Assembly (NCBI GenBank): GCA_023920165.1
Contig: CP089274.1
Coordinates: forward strand, 3,720,001 to 3,784,000
DNA: 64,000 bases
Direction of reading: 5' to 3'
Origin: Curvularia clavata
Taxonomy: Eukaryota
The translations under genes were made by a program, and so were the position numbers. Each line of letters begins with the position of its first letter. Positions within the stretch are counted from its first letter, which is position 1. Positions 46,761-59,895 of this stretch are shown here, one piece after another. Below the pieces are notes generated by a model that was not told the origin of the DNA, searched no databases, and saw only the letters and a program-made list of their open reading frames with translations.

Positions 46761-47870
46761 TCACACCCACTCCCAGACCTCCTCGACCCCCCACTCAAAC
46801 CCCCCAAACCTAACCTTCCCTCCCACAGCCAACACTTCGCCTCGAAAACACACAGCACAAGGCAAAAACGCCTCTCCAATCCTGACCTTCCTCTCCCATT
46901 CTCCCTCTCCGTCATCCCTCTTCACCCACTCCCACCGCTCAACAGTCGTCTCTGCCCCTTGCATCAAAATCCCCTGCACATACTGTCCCACGCGCACGAC
47001 CACACCTCTCACACCCGCATTGTCATTCTGACACCTCAGGACAACGCAAACCTTGCTTTCGCCCTTTCCACCCCCCGTAGTACTCATAGCCTTGACCTCC
47101 TCGTCCCGCCACATCTCCTCGTGCGTCTTGACCGCGTCCAGTGCAGGATGAAACGCGTGGCCTACTTCAAGCGTGAGATCTGCCTCGATGGGATACATGT
47201 CGCCTTCGTCTACCGGTATGTCGGGATCTCCGACGGGAAAGCGTGAGTCGAGCCAGTGTGTCCAGGTGGAGTGCGTTACGTTTTCCCAGCCACCCTCCTC
47301 ATCTTCTGGTGATGGTTTGGGGACGGAGGTTGAAGTCCCGGCAAAGGCCCATTCTAGGCGCTGAGAGGAACCGGGATTCGCGCCAGAGATGGCGGGCGTG
47401 GAAAAGGGCTTGTAGATGCGGATGTCGACGAAGGTGCGGAGAGGGCTGGTGAGCACAAGTGTACTGGTCGGCTCAAATTGCTGAGTGGGTAGGTTCAAGG
47501 GGTTGCGATCAGGCAGGTTGATGGAGTAGGGGATGGGGGTGCCGGCGGGAAGCGGGTATGGCAGGAAGTAGATGTATTCGCGCACGCTGATGTTAGAAGA
47601 TGAGCCGTCGGTATTCTGGGAGGTCGGGTAGTGGAAAGGTGTGGCAGTGGCATCGAGATGAGATGATTTGTCTGTGTGCAACAGGCCTGGTGAGGAGGTG
47701 TTATTGCTGCTGGTTGAGGAAGGCATGTTGGAAGCGGAGTCTGGAGGCGTGTAGATGATGTCGCTAGAGTCGCTCGTAGTGCCGACTGAGACTTCGTTTG
47801 CATTGCCTTCTCTGTTTGCAGATGCGTCTAAGAGCGGCAATTTCTTCTCATCTTTGTTTTCGGTAGCCAT
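46761..47870 (-). CDS. HRI1: Hri1-family protein with N-terminal extension
   Basis: ISVREYI, EPTSTLVLTS...FVDIRI, LEWAFAG, WTHWLDSR, DEGDMYP, TLEVG, EEMWRD, GVVVRVGQYVQGI. Confidence 0.8.
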   Translation of the reverse strand: MATENKDEKKLPLLDASANREGNANEVSVGTTSDSSDIIYTPPDSASNMPSSTSSNNTSSPGLLHTDKSSHLDATATPFHYPTSQNTDGSSSNISVREYIYFLPYPLPAGTPIPYSINLPDRNPLNLPTQQFEPTSTLVLTSPLRTFVDIRIYKPFSTPAISGANPGSSQRLEWAFAGTSTSVPKPSPEDEEGGWENVTHSTWTHWLDSRFPVGDPDIPVDEGDMYPIEADLTLEVGHAFHPALDAVKTHEEMWRDEEVKAMSTTGGGKGESKVCVVLRCQNDNAGVRGVVVRVGQYVQGILMQGAETTVERWEWVKRDDGEGEWERKVRIGEAFLPCAVCFRGEVLAVGGKVRFGGFEWGVEEVWEWV

Positions 47871-48532
47871 TGAAGCCGGAGTCTGAATCTCAAAGTGAAA
47901 GAGAGGTGCGGACAAATGGGCAACCGCCGTCAGTACTGCCTAGTCAGTCCTGGTAAGACGCAATTTGAAGGGATCTGATTGTGAATCTGCAATATCGAGG
48001 TGATCAGAAAAGGCGCTATCGCAAATGGTATATTTGATTGTCGGGAGAAACAGGAAGACTCGACATTCATAGATAAGAGTCGAAATGGATTCAAAAAGCA
48101 ACCCGGATTCCAGCACTTGCACCTACTCTTTCTGATGCGGCCGCTTTTAGTTGCCGGATCTTGATCTTGATCCTATACAGGTTTTCGTGGTATACTGACG
48201 TTCGACACTGAAGTTGGGTAGTGATTGCGGAGAAGTTGAAGTGGGGATGATTATGAATCCACGGTCCCCACTAGCACGGCAACAGCCGTCCGTCTTAACA
48301 GCCAACATGCACCCCATGAGCACAAGACCATCGTGAAAAAGCATATTAATGATAAGTCTGAGATTGATATTGTATTACCTACTAATAGTACGCCACCATC
48401 TCCATACCCAAATGCAGTATTGCTACAGTCTATTATAGAACGCTCAAAGGGGTATCAACTAATCGACACAAAGCACAAAACAACACTCACAGCGCCCTGC
48501 TCCAAACCACAACTGCGTCTCACATTAACATT

Positions 48533-50370
48533 TCATCTTCTGAAACTCCATCTCCTGGTCCTAGCCAACGTCTCAGTCTGGGCTCTGGCCAGTGATGGCA
48601 TTGGCGCTCCGAATGCATCATTAGCAGGAGCTTGATCCCTCCTCTGTAGGCCTCTAGCCCGACTCCACGCACGTCCCCTCATACTCTCTCCTCCATCTGC
48701 AAGTTCTCTTTCACGCTGTCGCCTCTGCTGCTCTTCGGCCGTCTGCTGCTTCCAGCCTCCTTCGGTCCTATCCTCCTGCTTCTCTGGCCACAGTATTTGA
48801 CGGATAAAGACAGCTCGGACGTTCATGAAAATAACGAAAAGCCACATGACAATAAGGGCAACCGTCATGACACAGCCGACATACGCAATGGGCTTGTTTC
48901 CGTTGAGGCAGCGGGAAATGGCAAACGTGGACGTTGTCAGTGCAGTGTTGGGGAAGATAAACGAGTACCAGGTCATTGCAAAGTCCATCTTGCCACGTCG
49001 GGCACATGACCAATGCGCACCAACGCTTATCAAGAAGAACCAGAGGGCCAGCCCCCAGAGCCAGAGTCCGAGGAAGTTTGCGCAAATCATGCCGACCTTG
49101 CCTGCGAGTTCCCCGTTTCCCTCGCCCATAAAGTCGGATGCTACGGTCCGAGGAAGTTCCTGGCCCATTGTGACGACTCCGGCAATGGTGAAACCCGAAG
49201 GACCAACGCTAATGAACATACCGGGTCGGAGCGATTCCTTGGGGAGCTTCTGCGTCATGAGACGGTAGATGAAGGCAGCGTAGATCATGAGGGAGACTAG
49301 GAATCCAATGCCCTGGACGACGTAGCCGGTCAGAATGATTGTGAGGGCGATGGTCGGATTATTGACCTTTGGGGCTAGATTGCCGGCGTGGGGACCGATG
49401 ATGAGCAATGGGTAAGCAGGGAAGATCCAGATGGGCGTCATTTGAGAGATTGTGAATGTTGTCGTAGACCACCTGTTTGGTTAATACCTGTAGCCAAGCA
49501 ATGGAGACAGAGGACCTACATGAGCAAGTAGATGCCTACGGAAAAGCAGATAGCAAGGCCGCAGTCCATCCAGAACAGTACAATCATGATTCGCTCCAGC
49601 CACTCGCCCACACCAGCATGGCCAACGCCGTACTGACTGACATTGATCAGAATCATGCCAAAGCTGACCATGGCAGCTGGGATGAAGAGGCTCTCCGTTG
49701 GATGCAAAAACGACGCCTTGAAGGTGCGAGGGTAAAAGTAGAAGCGGCAAGATATCATGATGCAATTGAATAGGAAGAATACGATGTTGAGGATAAAGAA
49801 GATGCAGCCTAGGGCGTAGAGGCCTCGGAAGCGAAACGGGACACTGTATAGAACATTGGAAATGCCCCCTGTAGCCATTGTAAGACAGAACCACGTCCAG
49901 GTAAAATGCCGTATTCGCTCCTTAAAGGTCAGATTCTTCCTCTTTTCAGGCACATCTGCCTTAAGAGTGCCGTGAGCGCTACGTCTAGTACTGCGATTGC
50001 TCGTGACAGGGACTAATGGTCCTGGTTCCTCGACCTTCTCAGACGAGGTGGACTCAGTCCTCGCATGGTCATGGTACTCTTCCTCCTCTTCTTTGCGTAA
50101 CTGCCCAGACGCATCATTTTCGAGTATCCCGCTCTCACGGCTCAGCGGTGATGACAAGGAAAGATTAGGATCATCAAAGGGATTTTGTCCGGTAGGGTCT
50201 GGAAGCGGTGTTGCGACATTGGGGTGACTGCGCCATTGCAGCCTCTCCTCTGCGCTCGACACCGACTCAGTCGAGGCACGTGACTCTGGTCTGTGGACGT
50301 TGGAAATCGGCGGGAAGCTGTTGGTAGTAGGGAGTCGGGGAATTGCAAGATTTTGGGCGTTGCGGTTCAT
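48533..50370 (-). CDS. SLAC1/TDT family C4-dicarboxylate (malate) transporter, Mae1-like
   Basis: RIRHFTWTWF..TMATGG, SFLHPTESLF, MTPIWIFPAYP, RPGMFISVGPSGFT, F.MTWYSFIFPN; intron about 49473-49518. Confidence 0.92.
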
Positions 50371-51234
50371 GCTGCCAAGTGCCGGGTGGCAGGGGACATG
50401 CAGGGCGTACGAATAGGGCGGGATGGGTGTAGTGAGTGGTGTTGGTGGTGATGTCACGGCTGTTTTCTAGTCTCGTTTTCTCCGCAGCGGCTGCGCGATT
50501 GACGAAACGGCAGAATTCTTGGTTTGCAGCTGAAGACCCAGAGCCCGGAGATACCTGCCCTCTATGTATCTGCTCTGTCACTCGGGGTCTAGGGCACTAC
50601 CTAGTTTTTCGACAAGGACTCCATACTGTAGATCTGCCGCATTTCCAGCTTGGACGAACCAAAATCCCGCAAGCTCATCATAGTAGCCACACCATCTCGG
50701 CTATCTATCCGGCATCCCTGCCGGCAGCTAAGCAACTGCCCGCTCCACCATTGCTTGTAGTGTTTCATCTGGTCTTTAGAGGCAAGACTACAGAAAAGTA
50801 GCCTATACTACTTGTTGGGAGGAATAGCATTGCCACGCAGCTGAGAGGTGAGTTTGCTGTTGTGAAGTTTGGCGACCGGTGCAAACTCGGATTGGCAAAC
50901 GCCACCGCGGCCGGATTAGGAGAACCGTAAGCCCAACAGGCACGAACTGCAAGCCCAACCCAGCCCAAGAGTAAATTTTACATCCCCTGCCTTGTACAAA
51001 TGAATTTTAAATCTAGACCGTATGGTTTTTTTTTTGAAGCGCTGATAGAATAATTGCCACACAGCATCTCGAGAGCTAGAAAAGACAACGGTATAAGGCG
51101 ATGAGATATACACGACCACAGCTCTAGCAATCCATCTGCTCGAGCATATAGACCAATGCACTCTCTCCCTTTCCGTCTCTCCTGCCTCCAAAATCTAATC
51201 CGCCTCTGGGGGAATTAGAATAGCCGGGCAGAAG

Positions 51235-51399
51235 CTGCCCTCACCAAAACATCGCATACTAATCGCGATAGAATAATTACCCCGAAGTGCAATTTACTCA
51301 AAGCTATAGAAATAACTTTTAGAGATGTCAGAGTTTCACCAAATTTACGAAGCAGTATCTTCATATGTGTGGTTGCTTATACTATCTTGGTGAGGGCAG
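51235..51399. mobile_element. Candidate MITE (165 bp, 13-bp perfect terminal inverted repeats)
   Basis: CTGCCCTCACCAA (51235-51247) and TTGGTGAGGGCAG (51387-51399); AT-rich non-coding interior; TA on the right flank only. Confidence 0.45.
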
Positions 51400-52129
51400 T
51401 ACCTCAGTTCCTCGAGAGCCCGCTTATCCGCACCCAACACTAAGCATACCTCCTGCAACGATCTCCCTGCATGATCAAAACTTTACCACTTCACAAGCTG
51501 CACACTTTTAACTATCACAACCCGCAAAACAGGGACCATGTAATGATGCCAAATCACAACCGTCATCCCCGTAGCTCTTGTAACTTACCGCCTCCCCCCT
51601 TCTTCTCTGCCTATTCTTCTCCTAAAGTGAATCGTAAGCAACCAGTAGAACTATGACGCCAATCTGCGGATCCAAAAACATACCAGTCCCGAGTCTCATC
51701 ACTAGAATACTGCCGCTAGTTTGGTTTGCAAGAGATACAAAAAAACAAGCCCAAAGGGTACACTAGGGACTAAGAACCAGCATTTTCTATAACACTGCAT
51801 TCAAGTATGCCTATCTCATCTAACCCCGTACCACATACCTCTACCCCTCGTAAGCCAAAAGAAGCCCAGCAATCAAAAAGATGCATTAAAACCAAAGTTG
51901 AATAAAACTCCCATGCTATGCTACCACCATACCACACCATTCCTCCAAAAACTGCATACCAATGAATAACCTCTGTTAACGCTAGAGTGTGAAAAGAGCC
52001 TCCACCCCATTAGGACACCCAATAATAATACAATGCATGCCGCATATGTATCTGCGCTTTATCCTTCAACAAGTCCCTCACCAGCTCCACGCACACACGC
52101 ACTCGTAAATCTACTAACCAGCTAACCTC

Positions 52130-55100
52130 CTACCAGAAACTACACCAGCCGATATAATGCTGGCATAAATTCTCCAGGTTGGTCGCCTCCTTGATAAGCC
52201 TATCCACCTGCATCTCCGTCTTCAGCTCCTCTCCTTTACCAAAATCGCGACCCGTCAGTTTCTCTTTCACACGGCTGAGGACCTGCAATGCACGCGCATT
52301 CTGGACTTCCTTTGCATCAGCCTCGTTATTCTGGGGTGGGGCGACAGAGGAGCGATGGCGGGGACGACCGACGATGCTGGACATTTGATGGGGATCAGTG
52401 GTAGCGGTGTTGGCGGCGTCACCCATGATGGATTGGCGGCGTTCGGAGGGGTAGTTTGGTTCTGCGGGCGATGTGTCGCGGTGGTTTAGGCGCCAGGTGA
52501 GGAGGGGATCGTGTATGAACTGTGTTTGAACGAGTTAGTAGGACGTTCTGTCAAGCTAGAGGGCAGGCAAACTTACAGCTTCAAGAACCGCCATGACACT
52601 CTCCTTGTTGCTTCGCAATACACGCATGACATGCTCACAAGTCGTCCGGTAGCTACCCTCAATGTTACTGACTTCCATGGCATATGTCAACATGCGCGTC
52701 AGACGGAATGGCACCCGCTCGGGGTACTTTTCACGGTGCATGGCCACCTCGAAACAGTCGCCAAAGTCAATGTGGACAATCTTGCCGGTGACTCGATCCA
52801 ACATCAAGTTACTTGGGTGGCGATCGCCCAGACCCAGGATGTAGCCTACCATAGACATGACAGCAAGTGAGCGCGTGTAGTTTGTGCGGCGATCGAGCCA
52901 GGCTTCTGAAGACTTCGACTTGAGCCACAGGACGCGGTACAGGTCCTGGCCCGTCGTGTTGTCAAGGGCGTAACCGAATACTTCGACCTTTTGCATAAGA
53001 GTGAGGCAGTCGTAATCAGGCGCCATCTGCAACATGATACGATGCTCAATGTTAAGCAGGATCTTCCGGCTGTCTCGGTACTCCCTGATGAGCACATGCA
53101 GCGTGTCACTGTTAGGGACGAAGCCGAGCAGACCAGACTGTGTGCTAAGCGGAACAGCGGCATAGCTTTGGATGTTGAGATGACGCTTGCGTGATTCAAC
53201 GTCGTTGGAGAGCAGGGTATTGCAAAGACCAAAGAGTTGCATGACACGCTCATCTTGTCGAATATCTTCATGTCCCTTGAGAATATGGACATGTGTTTTG
53301 CCGTCGCTGCCGCGCATCCCCAGTTTTCTAGGGCGCTGCTTGGACTGAATGACGGTTGCGACTGGATCGAAAGATACAATACGAATAACTGGCTTGCCAA
53401 CCTGGTAGGTTCCAGGAACTGCCAGTTCAAGATCGTGCACATCCTTGAGTTTTGGCGACACATACTGCATCTCCAGTGTCATCAGTGACGGTAGCTGGCG
53501 CGCAATCTTGCGGAATACCTGGTAGTAGAGATCCCATGCCTGATTAAGATCGCCTATTTCACCAGATGTTCTGAAGGTATTACACCAGTCACGAGCCTCC
53601 TGAAGTTCGCGACCGAAAGATTGGATAAAAGAGATTTCGCGCAGTGTCTCTGGACCCTTGTCGAGCATTGCGTGAAGAGGTGCCAGCGTGGCGAACATGC
53701 CGTCGATGTTGTGATCACCAAAGTACAATCTACTGGCTTCCTCGAGACCTTCGTGCCATTGCTCATGCCATAGGACAGCGATACGGATCAGTTCATGGCT
53801 TACCAGATCAGCTTGCTGAACCAGTCGTGGAGAGTGCTCGCGCATAGCATCCATGAGCTCCTTTGCAGATCGCTGGCGTCGTGACACATCAGACTTCATG
53901 GAAACTGTCAATGGGAAGACCAAGGCCTGGGGATGTGCTTTGCCCACTTCGATGAGCAGCTGATGTATGGATTGGCGAACAACAGCGTTGGGCTGGTTAA
54001 TTCGAGCAAGCAATTGCGGGATGACCTCGAGCCAGGTGTCAATGGGAACCGACTTTGTGCCCTCAGTGATGGTGCGATTGACTCCCTCCCTGCCACCATA
54101 ACTGAACCATAGGGTGAGCAGCCTCAGCATGTCTTGCAGCGAACTTGTTGACGATAGTGCAATGGACTTGAAGAAACCCTGAATAGCCGGAATGACGTGG
54201 TCATGGATGATATTGTGCGGCACGTCGGTAGCCTCCCGATCAGACTTGGAAGTAATTGAGTTGATGACTTCGAAGTTGGCAAGCGCCCACGCGTGCCATG
54301 CCTTGTACCAATCCTTGTTGTAACGAGTAGCAGCAGCGTAGGCGGCAAGAATCTCATGCACGAACTCGTGGTCCCATTCGCCGTCGTTGAGTTCTTGCTG
54401 CCAGTCACCCTGTTTCAGATAGCACTTGGCCAGCAAACGGTGGCATTCGGCGAGATCCGTTGGCGAGGTACCTGTCATTGATCCGTTCATCATACTTGAA
54501 CCATGCATACCATTAACTCCGCCGTGTCCGTTGGTAGAAGCAAAAGGATTCACGTTGTTGAACATGTGTTGACCATTGGGCATACCATTCATACCGTTCT
54601 GGTTCATCATTGGGTTGACCGCAGCCCTGCTCCTCATAGCCAAGTCTTCGGAGAGCCGCGTTGTGAAGTCCTTCATGCTATCGAGGGCCTCCTGCTTGTG
54701 ATTCTGGTCGGCCCACATGTACTTGTACGTGGTGTAAGCCACAGGATGCGAGATGTCGTGAGCGTTGTTCCGGACGAATTCGATCACCGTGCTGTCACCG
54801 GTGCTCTCAATGTCAAGTAACTTCTGAAGAGCCTTGTTTGCTAGATTCATTCTGTTGCTCTTTCTGCAGAGATTGGTGTATTTGATCCACATGTCGGTGC
54901 CTTCTTGTGGGGAGATGACGAGCTGGCGCACCTTGATCATGCGCTGCCAGACCTCGGGATTTGGTTGCAACCCTCTAAGTCGCTTCATCCAGGTCTTCCG
55001 CATGCTCCTCTGCTTCTCAATATTGCCCTCGTTCTGCTTGTACTGCATGATCTCCTCAAGTTCTGCAAGCATCTGCACACGAATCATTGGCAAGTAAGCC

Positions 55101-58100
55101 CGCTGGTACGACTCTCCCAGAAGTGAGCTGAGCTCAGTGTCTAGACCCTTTCGAGCTTTGGCGATTTCATCGACGGCGATTTCGAACCGGTTGTTGTGAA
55201 TGTTGAGAATGGAAGCGAAGAAAGCACGGTCGGGCGACTGCTCCTTCATAACGCCAAGGTAGTTGTCCATGTCTGCAAACTTGCCCAAGCCCCACGCAGC
55301 CGTTGCCGCAAGGGGTGCTATCGCCTTACGATACTCTTGCGAAGCATTGGCCCACTTCTCCTTGGACAGACTGGAAAGAAGATCCCACTCGCCCAGGGCA
55401 TGCAAACACCGCATCTTTCCCATGGTGACATCAAAGGAATCAGGCTCTTCGAGCTCACGCCTCTGGTAGGCAGCAAGCGCTTCATCCCATTTCTGCAGCT
55501 TCTCAAACCAGGTCTCCTTGAGCTCGACGTCGTGGTAGTTTTGTGCCTTACGTAAAATACCAAAAGCTGCGTCGGTCTGCTGGAGCTGGTTGTTGATGCT
55601 GATAAGGGCTTCTACAGCGCTGGAATTCTGCTCCGCGTTGAACTCGAGTTCCTTATAATGCAGTGCCTTGGCGAATGCATGGCATTTTCCAGCATACATG
55701 CCAAGTATCCGGACATCGATTGGCAGAGCTTTGTCATCGTGTTCCATGAATTCTGCCAAATTGAGCAATACCTGCAGTATCTCAGGTGGAATGTTCGGTG
55801 AAGTAAGAGCGGTTTCAATCGACCGGACCAGCTCTTCTTGATACTGGTCGTACAATTCTGTCCAACACGAGACAAAGGCCGAGTTGAACAGAGTCCTGGC
55901 AATTGGGTTATACACGCTCCCCAGCGGCGTGCAAGCGCGCAGTGCTTGTTGTGGCGACTCTCGGAGGAGCTCAACGCTGAATCTCCGCATCCATTCGATC
56001 CAGTCTTCTTTGGTGGTTTTGTTGGAAGCCTCCCAGGCCTGCTTGAGATGCTGTTGGTTGACCGCCAACTTCTTGGTAAGTATCTCAGCGGGATTCAGGT
56101 CCTCGTCATCCTCGCCGTATCGCTCATCTGGGCTAAGGTCTTGTGGTAGAGGCTCACCCTTCTGCAGTTTCGATACAATGCGGGCATAGTTCTCATGAGG
56201 TACCTTGTGTGCAACCAGAATTTTGCTGACGGTTGGCACAAAATGAATGTAATCTGGTCCAAGCTGGAAGATGAGCGCGCAGAGCGTCTCAAGGGCAGTC
56301 TGCTTCAGAGTCGGCTCCGTGCCAGAAAGCACGCGGCAAATCGGATGGATAATACGGGCTGCGAACTCGGACACATTGACCTGTTTGGAAAGTCGGCCCA
56401 ACGTCTCAATTGCATGTCTTCGAATCTGAACGGGTTGTCCTGGTTTGTCGAACATCTTGACCATGACCGGAATGATGAGATGCATGTATTCTTCGGCGCT
56501 TGAGCCAAAGATGAGGAAAGCGTGTAGTACTCTCTCAGAAGGTACGCGCTTGCCGGTGTGATCCGAGTCGAGAACACTGAGCATAAGCGGTAGCACGTCA
56601 GCCAGGTAGACCTTGAACTCGCCTTCCAGCGAGCGGGCAATGGCCTCAATCAGGGACAGAATAGTAGCCTGTAGCTGTGGACTGCTGCTCCAATACTCTT
56701 TGATGGTCGCAAGAATGCTGGGTAGGTAGGGACGAATGTGTTGGCGCACAATACGGACAAGCTGGCTAAGCTGGTTGAAGTAACCTTCTGAGCGTCCAGC
56801 TGGCGTTGACTTGATAACGTGAAGGAAACCAGGCACGACCTGGTTGAGAAAGGGAACACACTTCAAGCCCATTGTCGCATAGATGTTCATGACAGCCTCT
56901 ACGATCGCAGTGTGATACTGCACCAAGGAGGGATCCTTCAACAGCCCCATGAGCGTGCTTATAACAATGGTCGGGTAGTACTCTTCGTTTGAAGGAGTTA
57001 TACCCTGCATGATAAGGGAAACATCAGTAATGGCTTGCGCTTCCAATATGAGGTGCGTGTCCGGCGATTGCTCCATGATCTTCTGGTACTCATCTGGATC
57101 CAGTGCTCCAAGGGTACCCATGAGCCGAACTGTTTCCCGTCTAAGTTCACCTTCAGGTTCCGTCTTGGCGATGTTCATCAAAATGTTCATGAGCTCTGGA
57201 TACTCCCGGTATGGTTCAATCACATATCCAGCGTTTGTGGCTAGTTGACCAAGAGCTTTCAGGGCAGAGAAGCGCTTGGCATCCGATGTCTGGTCCTGCA
57301 TAAAGTCCAGGATTACAGGCATGAGGTCCTTGATGTACTTGGTCATGCCCTCACCGCCAACTGTCGCCAGATCACCAATGGCTTTGAGCGTAGTGGACGC
57401 GACCTCGGGATTTGGGTCTTTGCATTTTGGAAGCAACACTTCGACAATGGGATCTATGAGCGGCTTGATCAGGCTGTCCGCGGCACCAACGAGACTGCTA
57501 ATCAGTTTGGCACTTTCTTCTTTACTACGCGGGCTGTTGGCGTAATTCACTTCGGTCAGTAGCTGCAGAAGGACTTTGCGAAGCGAAGGAAAGACGTAAG
57601 CAGGATTGACAGCCGTCAGCCGACCGATGATAGACATGGCAGCCTCTCGGATTCCAAAGACCTCGTCGTTCAAGGCAAGGAAGAGAGTACGAACATTGTC
57701 GGCTTTGCCAAGGTGACGGTCGAAGCGAGCGTCCAATGCTATCAGGACGTCCCATCGGATTTCTGGGTCAATATCACCTACGCCAACGGTTAAAAGCTTC
57801 TCAATGATGTCGCCGACCACCTTTGTCGCATGAGTACTAGTCTGGTGGACGATCGGATCTTTAACAAAGAGCTGACAGCACGTCAAGGCAGCGCGCTTCC
57901 GGATTTCCGGGTTGTCAGCCTCGACATATCGAATAGCAACATCGCGGACAAACTCATTCAAGACGTGTCCTGTGAAGTCGAAACTACCGAGCGTATGCAG
58001 TGCTAGCGCAATTTCTGCTTCTCGTTGAGCTATCGTCTGCGGGTCCTTGTGGTCGCGTGTCCATATCTGTGGAGGCTGTGAGACCTGGTAAGGACTGCCC

Positions 58101-59500
58101 AAAGGCAAAAAGTGTCGCCCAGCAAGGATTTGGCTGAGAAGATCCAGCAGCTTCTCTTGAATCATGGGTCGTGAGGGTGGTACATAATGTGCCATATCGA
58201 CAAGGGCCTGGAAGAGGGAGTCGCTCAGCCCGCAAGAGAAGATGGGATCCAGCAGTCGCTCGACAGACTTGGTAAGGGCCTGGCCGACTGCTGCCGCAAT
58301 CATACTGAGACACTGGAATATCGGCGCTTCGTTTATGACGCTCTTGTTCCGTGCCTTTGCAATGAGGCCTTCCTGAATAAAGCCCAGGATGCCCTCGAGG
58401 TACGGTGAAATGGCGACTCCAACGGCGTTTGCAATCTGCCCAATCGCCACAAATGCCTTGTCCCTATCACGGTCTTTCCTAATCAAACCCTGAAGGTGTA
58501 GCATGCACTGATGTAGATACTTTGTCGCAAACTCGGTAGGCGAATACGCAGCAAGAATGGGAATGATAAGCACCACTTCCCTCCGCACGAGCGCATCGCG
58601 ATGCTCCCTGTACTTGAGCACCTGCTCCACCGTCTCCTTGTACTTTTGGTCATTCATAAACATTGCGCTCTTGTCAAGCAGCTCCTTCATAGTGAGCAGC
58701 GAGCCGTGAATAGCCTCATTAGTATTAATTGTGAAGCCGCGCAGAATCTCATCGTAGACCTTGCCGAACCAGAGCTGGCGCATTTGCGAGTCGCGTGGGG
58801 ATATAATCTCGAAGCAGGCACTGATGGCTTCGGCCGCAGACTCTCGGATGAGCACCTTGGGATCACGCAGAGCAACCCAAATAACCTCGAAAATCTGTGC
58901 AATCCACTGGTACATGAGCGTCGGGGAATTTTTGGCCAGCTCGCGCAGGATCAGGACAGCAGCGAAGCGTCTGTTCTCTAGACGTTCCAACTGTAGCCAC
59001 TCGAGAGCGCCCTTGACCTCTGCCTCGACCAGTTCTGCTGTAAGGGTACCACCGGGTTTCGCGAGCCGTCCCAGGGCCTTGGCTGCTACCACCATGGCTG
59101 TGATATCCTGGCCCCGCATTACCGCCCTAAGGTACGAGGCAAACCGCGTCGTCTTCTGGCCCGCATCGTCGCCTCGGAAGTCGATGAGGGCGTTGAGCGC
59201 GTGGATGCCGCCGATGCGTTCGTTGGAGTCGCTACCCGTGACAATAAGGCCCGAGATCTTGGTGTAGACTTCATTGTTGAAGTTGGTAAAGAGATTAGGC
59301 GCGAGTTCTGCGCTACGTCAGTTGCCTGCAGCTTTGGACCGGCGGGTTTCTGCATCGGCGCTGCTGCCCTCACCTCGGTGCGCCGCCTCGACCGTCTGTC
59401 GCAGCGTGTTGGCTGCTCGTTGTCGTGTTTCGTCATTCTTTGAGCGGAGTTCGTGGACTATGCGGTCCAGCGTGGACGAAAGGGGACTTTGCTGCGCCAT
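52130..59500 (-). CDS. TOR: Target of rapamycin PI3K-related kinase
   Basis: HEAT repeats, FAT, FRB (LWHEQWHEGLEEASRLYFG), kinase (KGHEDIRQDER, GLGDRHPSN, HIDFGD), FATC (LCQHYIGWCSFW*); introns 59308-59373 and about 52520-52577. Confidence 0.98.
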
Positions 59501-59895
59501 CTTGTCTGCTTCACCTGAAGCCTCTCGCAGCAAGAGCGTGGATGCTCAGTCCATCCATAGAAAGGAAATAAGAGACAAGCAAGAAGAGGCGCGTGGGTGG
59601 AATTGGTGGGCTGCCAAAGTTACTGCCGTGTCGGCCCAGCACGTCGTATGTCACCAAAGCGGACTAGCTCCCTCTGACCCACTCGAGCCTCGGCGCTAGT
59701 CCCGAAGCTTACACCGGGGAAGCGCATCGTCATGCGAGACCTACGGCGGTGAAGTGTGAGGTAAGTCATGAAATGCAAGTGCTCAATAGTGTCTAAGAAT
59801 ACTACATCTACCAATGGCGCTATGCTGAGAGACACACATATCTCCTCTACTATGATACATTTCCACTCACCGCGCTCCACGCACTCGTCATGACC

